Below, piece by piece: positions 8,846 through 16,125 of a DNA stretch of 64,000 nucleotides; the stretch's first letter is position 1, and the number at the start of each line of letters is the position of its first letter. The notes under the pieces were generated by a model, which saw nothing but the letters and a program-made list of their open reading frames with translations, searched no databases and was not told the DNA's origin. The stretch spans positions 3,185 through 67,184 of the forward strand of contig CAZSBK010000005.1 in NCBI GenBank assembly GCA_964604945.1, read 5' to 3'. The position numbers were made by a program, and so were the translations under genes. The DNA is from an uncultured Candidatus Solibacter sp. (GTDB taxonomy: Bacteria; Acidobacteriota; Terriglobia; Bryobacterales; Bryobacteraceae).

Positions 8846-10057
8846 CTAGCGGGCTGTCTGAGACTCGGGGCGGACGCGCCGCCACGGGCCGGGAGAGAAT
8901 GATCTGAAATCGATGCGCGCCGCGGCAACGCTTACGCCGGCGATCTCGACGCGGCCCAGATCGCGTGTGCCCAGACCCTGTTGCTCGGCCAGCAGAAGCG
9001 TGGAATCGCAGCCTTCGAATGGCATCTGCCGGTGTCCGGCCATCGGGTCGAAGCCCATCAGGGCGGCACCGACGGCGTCGGTGGAGACAGGGTTCAGACC
9101 GGCTACGAGCACGCCCGGCTTGATGTGGCGCGCCGCGCTCACCCAGCCGCCCTCTCCACCAGCCATACCCTCGATGCCGTCGATGATGGAGAGATGGATC
9201 GGGACGGCGGCGCAGATGTCGGTGACGATGCGAGGCACGCGCCAGCGGTCCTCGCGCGGCGAGGCCGGGTCGCGCTCCTGCGGTGCGCTCAGCGAGGGGC
9301 CGCGTGCCCCCTGGTGAAGGATGGTTCCGCGGCCGCCCGAGGCGTCAGGCGACGGCTCGTCCCGGCCGGCCTGGTCTCCATAGATAGTGACCGGCGTGAT
9401 GCCGAACATATTCTTCAGCGACAGGGTGATGCCGCACGTGGCATGTTCCTTCATTTTGGCGATCGACACCATGACGTCACATTCGTCGTAGGCATGGTTC
9501 AGATCGAAGCCGGGGAAGACCAGCCCGCCGCCGGGAACAACTCTCCTGTGATACCGCTTGCCGCGGCCGAGGACATTGGTATTTTCCATCTCCACGCGAC
9601 GGCCGGCGTTGATCAACCTCAGCGGATCCCAACCGGCGTCGTACATGAATTCTTCGAGCGGATCACCGCAGGCGAAGCACCCCTCCAACACGCGTATTCG
9701 CGTAGCGCCCGCGTCGGTTATGAGCCGTATGGCGGCGCCGGCGACATCGGGGTGGGTGTAAGCGCTGCGCTCAATCGGCACGTTACCAATCCGCTGGCGG
9801 GGACCTCCCGTGAGGTTAAGCTTGATGCCAACAGTCTTGCCCTTCACGAGCCGGCCAATGCCCCCAAGCTGGTCGAACATGATTCGCATGGCGTTGTAGG
9901 GCGCCTGGGCATACTCAGCGCAGCGAGCGACGCTCACCCGCGCCGCGGGGGCGGCAGGGTCAGACCAAGCGCGGGCGGCTGCAGTCACGCCGATTCCCGA
10001 TCGAAGCCACTGGCGGCGGCCTATGGCGCGGTTGCGATCTGGCGGGGCGGGCGTCAT
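8846..10057 (-). CDS. DUF362 domain protein with Tat-type leader
   Basis: RRQWLRSGIGVTAAARA leader. Contains KGKTVGIKLNLTG, VSIAKMKEHATCGITLSLKNMFG and HLSIIDGIEGMAGGEG, as in DUF362 proteins. Confidence 0.7.
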   Translation of the reverse strand: MTPAPPDRNRAIGRRQWLRSGIGVTAAARAWSDPAAPAARVSVARCAEYAQAPYNAMRIMFDQLGGIGRLVKGKTVGIKLNLTGGPRQRIGNVPIERSAYTHPDVAGAAIRLITDAGATRIRVLEGCFACGDPLEEFMYDAGWDPLRLINAGRRVEMENTNVLGRGKRYHRRVVPGGGLVFPGFDLNHAYDECDVMVSIAKMKEHATCGITLSLKNMFGITPVTIYGDQAGRDEPSPDASGGRGTILHQGARGPSLSAPQERDPASPREDRWRVPRIVTDICAAVPIHLSIIDGIEGMAGGEGGWVSAARHIKPGVLVAGLNPVSTDAVGAALMGFDPMAGHRQMPFEGCDSTLLLAEQQGLGTRDLGRVEIAGVSVAAARIDFRSFSPGPWRRVRPESQTAR

Positions 10058-10069
10058 GCTGATCTTTCC

Positions 10070-11332
10070 TCAAGCATGCGACAACTCGATGGCACAGTAA
10101 GACGGAAATGGCGGAACATCGATTTCAGTGCGGTTGTCGCGCCGGACGCTGGCGATCGGCGCTTTGTCCATGTCCAGAGTATGCAGCAGGGCTGAGCGCG
10201 TGTTCGCGGGCACCTGCAACGAGACTACGTTGGCGGACGGCCGGCAGGTGTAGTTGAGCAAATGCACGACGCTCGATGCGCCGCCCGGCGCAGCGGCGTG
10301 ATGGGCAAGCATCGAGCCGGCGTTGAACAACCGGATGCTGTCCCAGCGGCGGCTCATGAGCAGATGGGCGTCGCGGGCCAGGATCCAGGGATCGTCATAG
10401 TCCTGCTTGGACACGGCGATGCGGCCTTTGCCGAAGGCCCGGACGGTGAACCGGGGATGCGTGGAATCCAGCACGCCCGCAGCGGCAAACAGAGCCGCCG
10501 TGTTCGCTGGAGTCAGCAGCAGACCGCCGGCCGAGACGAAGGCACGCAGATGCCCCATCGCTGGCGCCGGAGGCGGCTGAGTATCGACATAGAGAGCAGC
10601 TCTTTTGCCGCCAAACGCGACCGCCGACAGGCGGCGCGTCTCGACAGGTGTGAAGGCGATATGCTGGCGTGCGGCAAGGTTGAGCACCTCGCCGGACATG
10701 TACTGATTTGGGCCGGAAAAATCCGAGATGACGAGCAGGCGGGTCACGGGCTGAAAGCGCGCCCAGTCCTGGCGTGCTTGCTGCCAGCGTAACAATTCGA
10801 CGATCGAACGCCAGACCGTTGCGCCAGCGCCCGAGCCGCCCAGCGCTTCGGTGGCGTGTTGTGGAGCCAGCCAGACGGGCCTGACGGCCCCGTAAGCCCA
10901 GCTTTCCGAAAGCGCCAGCAGATAACTCTCCACCGTGAGCGAGGCCGTGTCTTCCGGCGGAGCCGAGTTTAACAGGAGTTCAGCGCCCTCGGGCATGCGG
11001 CCGCGGGCCAACTGGATGATCCAGCCGTTGGCATCCACCCACGGCGCGCCTGTTGGTCCGCCTTCCTGACGGTTCTGCCCACTAGCCGAACCTGGCCAGA
11101 AGCCGTCGCCGATCGAAATCAAACCACCGGACGGCCAATCGATTTCTCCCCAATCCCTCCACGCCACCGGCTCGCACGACAGACCCCTGCCCCGGGCAGC
11201 GTGCTCCACTGCGGCGGGCAGGGTTGGATTGGGGATCAGGTGGTTGATTGGCGAGGAGTTGAGCAACGCCAACGCATCCGCGTGCGTCCACGACGCCGGC
11301 CACAAAAGAGGGACGCGAGCCGTTGCCGCCAT
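10070..11332 (-). CDS. Hypothetical protein (420 aa), no recognised domain
   Basis: Long ORF with plausible composition. It lies 12 nt upstream of the DUF362 gene on the same strand. No motif I can name. Confidence 0.55.
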   Translation of the reverse strand: MAATARVPLLWPASWTHADALALLNSSPINHLIPNPTLPAAVEHAARGRGLSCEPVAWRDWGEIDWPSGGLISIGDGFWPGSASGQNRQEGGPTGAPWVDANGWIIQLARGRMPEGAELLLNSAPPEDTASLTVESYLLALSESWAYGAVRPVWLAPQHATEALGGSGAGATVWRSIVELLRWQQARQDWARFQPVTRLLVISDFSGPNQYMSGEVLNLAARQHIAFTPVETRRLSAVAFGGKRAALYVDTQPPPAPAMGHLRAFVSAGGLLLTPANTAALFAAAGVLDSTHPRFTVRAFGKGRIAVSKQDYDDPWILARDAHLLMSRRWDSIRLFNAGSMLAHHAAAPGGASSVVHLLNYTCRPSANVVSLQVPANTRSALLHTLDMDKAPIASVRRDNRTEIDVPPFPSYCAIELSHA

Positions 11333-11352
11333 GACACGATCCGCAACGCCAC

Positions 11353-12405
11353 TTAGTCCTTGCCGAAGCCCGGCGCGATGGTCTTGGCCAGTTGATTGAT
11401 GACCTGCGACTCATTCCGGCAGGCATCGACATAGGCGTTGCGCAGCAGTTGTTCCTTGCGGTTGCGCAGCGTTTCGCGAATGTTCTGCTGGACCCGCGGA
11501 TCGTTGAGTTCCCGCTGTCCCGCCGGTTCGCGGGACACCATCTTCAGCAGCCGGTAGCCGATAGGAGTCTTGATCGGCGCCGACACCTGGCCGGGAAGCA
11601 GAGTGAGGATCGCCTTACGCGTCTCGGCGTCGGCTTTCTCCAGAGCCGATTCAGGCACGTAGCCCATGTCACCGCCGTTGGGCGCACTCGACGGATCCTC
11701 GGAGAAGTTCTGGGCCACGGCGCCGAAATCCTCACCCTGACGGATTCGGGCCTCAAGCATCTGGATCTTCCTGCGGGCCTGCTCATCGTTCTGCGCCTTG
11801 TCGCGCTTCAGATTGCGGACGTTGGGGTCGGGCTGCGGCGTGGCGACGATCTGGGCGACGTGGTAGTTGTTCTCCGGGTAGTTGAAGGCTGCCTTATTGG
11901 CGGCGTAGAAGTCGGTAACGTCCTTGTCGCTAATGTTGATCTGGGAGATGATCTCTTTGTTCATCAGCTTCTCGACGCTGAGGTCGCGGCGTAATTGGGC
12001 CTTGAGCTCATCGAGGCTCATCTGGCGCGCGTCGAGCTGGCGCTGGAACTCTTCCTGTGTGTAAGGCGCGCGGATTTCGTTGAACTTCGAGTCGACCTCG
12101 GCCTCGGTGGCGATCAGGCTGAGCTTTTCGGCGCGCTGGAGAAGAATCTCCTCGTCGATCATGGCGCGCAGAAGTTCTAACTTCTGAAACTGCACCTGAT
12201 CCTGAGATACGCCATCAGGTTGGTTGGGAAACTGCCGTTTGAACTGCTTCTCCAGGTCGGCGGTGGTCAGAGCGCGGCCATTCACCGTCGCGGAGACGTT
12301 GGCCGGAACAGACTTTTTACAGCCTGAGGCGACGAAAAAGACGCCCAGGGCGACAGCCAGGGCTGTGATGGAACGGAACCGCAGGTCCAACATGGCAGTC
12401 ATCAT
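11353..12405 (-). CDS. SurA-like peptidyl-prolyl isomerase lipoprotein (PpiC/parvulin domain)
   Basis: Lipobox FFVASGC. SurA_N-like region, then the parvulin signature GGDMGYV...GQVSAPIKTPIGYRLLK. Start taken at MMTAMLDL (12405). Confidence 0.8.
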   Translation of the reverse strand: MMTAMLDLRFRSITALAVALGVFFVASGCKKSVPANVSATVNGRALTTADLEKQFKRQFPNQPDGVSQDQVQFQKLELLRAMIDEEILLQRAEKLSLIATEAEVDSKFNEIRAPYTQEEFQRQLDARQMSLDELKAQLRRDLSVEKLMNKEIISQINISDKDVTDFYAANKAAFNYPENNYHVAQIVATPQPDPNVRNLKRDKAQNDEQARRKIQMLEARIRQGEDFGAVAQNFSEDPSSAPNGGDMGYVPESALEKADAETRKAILTLLPGQVSAPIKTPIGYRLLKMVSREPAGQRELNDPRVQQNIRETLRNRKEQLLRNAYVDACRNESQVINQLAKTIAPGFGKD

Positions 12406-12453
12406 TGTACTTGAGTGCGGCGGACAACACACGGCTCGGTCAGGCTCAACCAA

Positions 12454-12852
12454 TCAATGCTGACAGGGCAAACGGACCGTTGACCCAACAGAAGCTGCCA
12501 AACCGCCGAGTCTCGCCGCAATCGATTGAGAGCCGCCCGGCGAATACCGCGCATCCATGCCGTAGCCCGGCACCGCCTTCGACATCGCCTCGTCGAGCAC
12601 GGCGCTCAGCACTCCGCCGTGGACGATTCCGCTAAAGCCCTCGAATGCCTGTCCTGGGCTTCAGGCCGCCACGGCCTCACCATCGCCGAGCTGGCGGAAA
12701 CGCACCTTCAGTCCGGCCGGGTTGTCCTGGCTGCAGACGAAACACCGCGACTGCAGCCGTGCGCGGAGCCGGTCTTCCGCCCTGTCTGCACGCGGCCCGT
12801 TTTCACTCGCCGGGACGTGAGCCGCGGCGGCGTGACGGCGTTCGTTCCTCAT
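12454..12852 (-). pseudogene. Hotdog-fold (PaaI-type) thioesterase-like frame with one internal TGA and an atypical, short C-terminal half
   Basis: MRNERR...CFVCSQDNPAGLKVRFRQLGDGEAVAA-TGA(12661-12663)-SPGQAFEGFSGIVHGGVLSAVLDEAM... continues in the same frame (my translation). After the HGG motif only about 50 codons remain, and they do not look hotdog-like. Confidence 0.5.
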
Positions 12853-12868
12853 CACTCGGCCTGACCCA

Positions 12869-13207
12869 TCAGTGCTCACAGATGACTTCGCGAGAAACCA
12901 GTTGCCCATCCAGATAGAGCCGGACCAGCGCCTCAGGGCTCTCCTCCGGGGCGCCCGTGAAGACCTCAACCGCGAGGGCTTCAAACATCATCTTCGCCCG
13001 TGACCCCATGCCGCCGGCGATCACCACATTGACGCCCTGCTGCTCCAGCCACGGGGGCAACAGACTGGGTTGATGCTCTGGAGCGTCGATACCGGAAACG
13101 GCGGTGATCGTCCGCGTCTCCAGGTCCGCATCCACCAGCGCGAACCTCCTGCTATGTCCAAAATGCTGTGACAGCAGATCTCCCGCCACCGGTACCGCAA
13201 TTCGCAT
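12869..13207 (-). CDS. NifB/NifX-family (dinitrogenase FeMo-cofactor-binding domain) protein
   Basis: 112 aa. MRIAVPVAGDLLSQHFGHSRRFALVD...VNVVIAGGMGSRA is the typical pattern of this small domain family. Confidence 0.75.
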   Translation of the reverse strand: MRIAVPVAGDLLSQHFGHSRRFALVDADLETRTITAVSGIDAPEHQPSLLPPWLEQQGVNVVIAGGMGSRAKMMFEALAVEVFTGAPEESPEALVRLYLDGQLVSREVICEH

Positions 13208-13246
13208 CTCCAGGGATTCCTTTCAGCCGCCCGTTGCATGACGCGG

Positions 13247-13273
13247 CATCTAGTAGATGTAAGTCACATCTAG
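13247..13273. promoter_or_regulatory. Operator-like overlapping palindromes in the divergent NifX-like/trmO promoter
   Basis: CATCTAgTAGATGTaagtcACATCTAG has three alternating CATCTA/TAGATG half-sites. The ATGT-N5-ACATCTA core (13257-13272) recurs at 14438-14453. Confidence 0.4.
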
Positions 13274-13279
13274 AGTACA

Positions 13280-13789
13280 ATGGAGCCTATGAAGAAGTCA
13301 AGCCCGGGATTGCGGCCGCTGACGGTGGAGCCGATTGGAATGATTGAGACTCCGTTTCGCGAAGCCGCTGGCACCCCCATCCAGACCTCGCGCGCCGGCG
13401 GCGCGAGAGGACGGGTGAGGATTGACCCTCCGTTCCGAGACGGGTTGAGAGACCTGGAGGGCTTTGAGCGAATCTGGCTGACCTATTGGTTTCACCGCGC
13501 ATCCGGCTTCAACCTGGTAGTCACGCCGTTCCTGGATGTTCAGGAGCGGGGTGTCTTTGCCACCCGCGCTCCCCGCCGCCCGGTCCCGATCGGGATTTCG
13601 GTGGTCAGGCTGCTGTCCATCGGCGAAGGCGCAATTGAGGTGGCGGGCGTTGACATGCTCGACGGCACGCCGCTGCTCGACATCAGGCCGTACGTGCCGG
13701 AGTTCGATTCCTATCCCGGCAGCCGGGCCGGCTGGTTTGATGAATCCAATTCCACGCGGTGTAGCGCCGACGACAGATTTGACCTGTAA
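13280..13789 (+). CDS. trmO: tRNA (t6A37 N6)-methyltransferase TrmO (TsaA/YaeB family)
   Basis: IGMIETPFRE...GFERIWLTYWFHR...GVFATRAPRRPVPIGISVVRL...GVDMLDGTPLLDIRPYVPEFD are canonical TsaA motifs. Confidence 0.85.
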   Translation: MEPMKKSSPGLRPLTVEPIGMIETPFREAAGTPIQTSRAGGARGRVRIDPPFRDGLRDLEGFERIWLTYWFHRASGFNLVVTPFLDVQERGVFATRAPRRPVPIGISVVRLLSIGEGAIEVAGVDMLDGTPLLDIRPYVPEFDSYPGSRAGWFDESNSTRCSADDRFDL

Positions 13790-13902
13790 ACGGCTGTGAA
13801 AACCCTTCGCGCCGCATAATAGGTGGTTGTCGCATCTAGAACGTCGTGGTGCTATTCTCGGTCTTTGGTGGTCGCCCATCGCGGCGTGAACAGGAGTTCC
13901 GG

Positions 13903-14349
13903 ATGCCCAACAAGCTCTGTCCCAGGCATGGTGGCAACCACCCTTGCACCTGCGCAATGGGCAATCTCTACCGCTTCGTCGAGCCAGTGGCGTTGCTCCT
14001 GCTGAAGCGCAAGGGCCGGTCCTACGGCTACGACCTCGCCGGCGACATGCGCAAGTATGCGCTAACCGATGCCGAAATCGAGCGCGCCGCGCTCTACCGG
14101 ACGCTGCGCCAGTTGGAGTTGAATGGCAACGTGGCGTCGGAATGGGAAACCGACCAGGGTGGTCCGGCGAGGCGCGTCTACTGGCTCACGGCAGATGGCG
14201 AGCGCCACCTTGAGGAGTGGGCTTCAGTGCTCGAACACGTCTCCAAGTCGATGAGCCGGTTTACTCGCGAGGCGCGACGCCTGATTCGCAATGCGGGTGC
14301 TCCCAAAGCCGCATCGGCGAAGCCAGCCAGGAAAACCGCAGGCCGCTAA
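13903..14349 (+). CDS. PadR-family transcriptional regulator with an N-terminal Cys/His-rich segment
   Basis: FVEPVALLLLKRKGRSYGYDL...LYRTLRQLELNGNVASEWE...RRVYWLTADGE winged-helix pattern. N-terminus MPNKLCPRHGGNHPCTC. CAGGAG RBS lies 7 nt upstream of ATG 13903. Confidence 0.8.
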   Translation: MPNKLCPRHGGNHPCTCAMGNLYRFVEPVALLLLKRKGRSYGYDLAGDMRKYALTDAEIERAALYRTLRQLELNGNVASEWETDQGGPARRVYWLTADGERHLEEWASVLEHVSKSMSRFTREARRLIRNAGAPKAASAKPARKTAGR

Positions 14350-14437
14350 ACTCGCGCCGTACGTCCACATCCGCTCTCGCGGCGGCTCCACGCCAGCTTA
14401 AACAGCTTGCCGCTAATGCAGTGGAAGTATATGCTAT

Positions 14438-14453
14438 ATGTAACTGACATCTA
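14438..14453. promoter_or_regulatory. Second copy of the ATGT-N5-ACATCTA operator-like motif
   Basis: ATGTaactgACATCTA, compared with ATGTaagtcACATCTA at 13257-13272. It lies in an AT-rich patch 48 nt upstream of the small ORF at 14501. Confidence 0.35.
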
Positions 14454-14500
14454 ACTGTCAACTGCTGCTAATCTGGCGGGCGAACCGCAAGGAGCCGGAC

Positions 14501-14689
14501 ATGCTCATCGAAATGGTTGCATTAGCAAAAACCTGTATGGCTCCGCTTCTCGCTGCGGTTTGCCTCATCTGGACTCTCTGGTTGCTGTTGGTCGTCAGCG
14601 CGGCGTTCCGCAGGCTTGGACCGGGACCCCACTCCTCGCCGACCGAGGACGATCTCGCCTTTCTTCGCCGCCTCCACATCCGGTTCTGA
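14501..14689 (+). CDS. Small membrane protein (62 aa), hypothetical
   Basis: AAGGAG lies 6 nt upstream of the ATG. One long hydrophobic helix, LLAAVCLIWTLWLLLVVSAAF. Confidence 0.4.
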   Translation: MLIEMVALAKTCMAPLLAAVCLIWTLWLLLVVSAAFRRLGPGPHSSPTEDDLAFLRRLHIRF

Positions 14690-14749
14690 CCAGCGGCTGC
14701 CAAAGCCCGGCGGTGCCACGTCATTGGCCCGCCGGGGGACTTGGAGCAA

Positions 14750-15109
14750 CTACTTCACCGTTTGTTGCGGTGGAACGGCCTGCTGGCCACCCCAGGCGCC
14801 CATCCCGCGGCCCATGCCACGACCGAAGCCGCGGCTCATGCCGCCGGCAAAGCCCCGGCCCCTACTCCGCATACCTGCCTGACCGCGGCCCCGGCCCCTT
14901 GCGCCCATCGCATTTTGACCCTGGCGTTGGCTGACAGGCTGGTTGGTGACATCGCAGACGCCGTCCTTGTTCTTGTCGTTCCAGGCGTGAGGCGCACCGC
15001 CTCGGCCGCGACCCATCGGCTGGCCTTCGGTGTTAGCGGCCGCCTGGCCCAAGGCCAATCCGGCCGTACCTATCGCCAATCCAAGCACCGTGATGAGAAC
15101 CTTGTTCAT
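14750..15109 (-). CDS. Secreted Arg/Gly-repeat protein (119 aa), unknown function
   Basis: Signal peptide MNKVLITVLGLAIGTAGLALGQAAA. DKNKDGVCD acidic loop. RGRGRG / GFGRGMGRGMG repeats. GCAGGAGG RBS. Confidence 0.6.
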   Translation of the reverse strand: MNKVLITVLGLAIGTAGLALGQAAANTEGQPMGRGRGGAPHAWNDKNKDGVCDVTNQPVSQRQGQNAMGARGRGRGQAGMRSRGRGFAGGMSRGFGRGMGRGMGAWGGQQAVPPQQTVK

Positions 15110-15247
15110 AACTGCCTCCTGCTATACCAGAAGCACAGCAGGTGCCGTTTGCGGGTCCGATGTGTTTTCAATGACTTGTTGGCAGGATACGGACGCGCCG
15201 GAATGCACTATTTGCGCATCGGCGAAAAACATGCGCAGACGGCACGG

Positions 15248-15685
15248 TCAAAGCTCGATTACGCTCAGGATTTCGTCCACGGGCGGCGCGCCCCGTTTGG
15301 CAAAGACAACCTTCGAGTCAGGCGAGATAACATAGACGGTTCGGCGGACCATCGGGCCCCATCCCGAACGAAATGCCCGCGCGATGCGTCCGCCGGTATC
15401 CACGATGAGAGGAAACTTCAGCCGGAGCTTTTCAATGTACTTCCTATGACTGATATCCGATGCCGGATTGACGCCATACACGATAGCGCCGGCGTCCTGA
15501 AGCCTCTCGATGGTAGCGCTCAGGGCACCCAACTGGCGGTTTCAACCCGGCGTGTCGTCGGCGGGATAGAAGACAAGCACGGCGAATCGGCCGGCGATGG
15601 TGGAGAGAGAAACAGTATTGCCCGCCTGGTCCCTGCCATGGAATTCCGGCGCGGGCGCGCCAACGGGGATCGGTGCGCCTACCAT
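15248..15685 (-). CDS. Bcp/PrxQ-type peroxiredoxin with in-frame TGA at the peroxidatic Cys position (selenocysteine candidate; alternatively a pseudogene)
   Basis: Track ORFs 15542..15805 and 15248..15532 are in the same frame and separated only by TGA at 15541-15543. The joined product is MVGAPIPVGAPAPEFHG...VLVFYPADDTPG-[TGA]-NRQLGALSATIERLQDAGAIVYGVN.... The conserved FYPxxxTPGC motif places the catalytic Cys exactly at the TGA. Confidence 0.7.
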
Positions 15686-15690
15686 GAAGC

Positions 15691-16125
15691 TCAGTTTTGC
15701 ACGAACGACAGCAGCCGTTCGTGCACTGCCTTGGCCCGCTGATCGTCCCAACAGGCGATGAGCACGGTATCGTCGCCTGCGATGGTGCCGGCGATTTCGG
15801 CCCAATCTTCCTGATCCAGGGCGACAGCAAGCGAACTGGCGCTACCGACCGAGGTCTTCAGGATGACCAGGCTTTGCGCCAGGCGGACGTCGAGCAGGTA
15901 TTCGGACATGACCGTGGCCAGATCGGGGCCGGTGGGGTCGGGCAGTATCTCGACATAGCCCTCACTGGTTTTGGCGAGTCCCATTTCGCGCAGATCGCGC
16001 GACAGCGTCACCTGGGTGGCTTCAATGCCCTGGGTGCGGAGCTCGCGGGAGAGTTCCTCCTGCGTCTGGATGCGCTTCGCGCGGATGAGTTTGAGGATCT
16101 GTCCCTGGCGGTAGTTCTTGGTCAT
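15691..16125 (-). CDS. argR: Arginine repressor ArgR
   Basis: RQGQILKLIRAKRIQTQEELSRELRTQGIEATQVTLSRDLREMGL plus C-terminal GTIAGDDTVL. 4-nt overlap with argH. Confidence 0.9.
   Translation of the reverse strand: MTKNYRQGQILKLIRAKRIQTQEELSRELRTQGIEATQVTLSRDLREMGLAKTSEGYVEILPDPTGPDLATVMSEYLLDVRLAQSLVILKTSVGSASSLAVALDQEDWAEIAGTIAGDDTVLIACWDDQRAKAVHERLLSFVQN

Noticed and set aside
8981-10195. 404-aa + strand ORF
   Set aside because: Mirror frame of the DUF362 gene. It has no motifs and spans the intergenic gap between two minus-strand genes.
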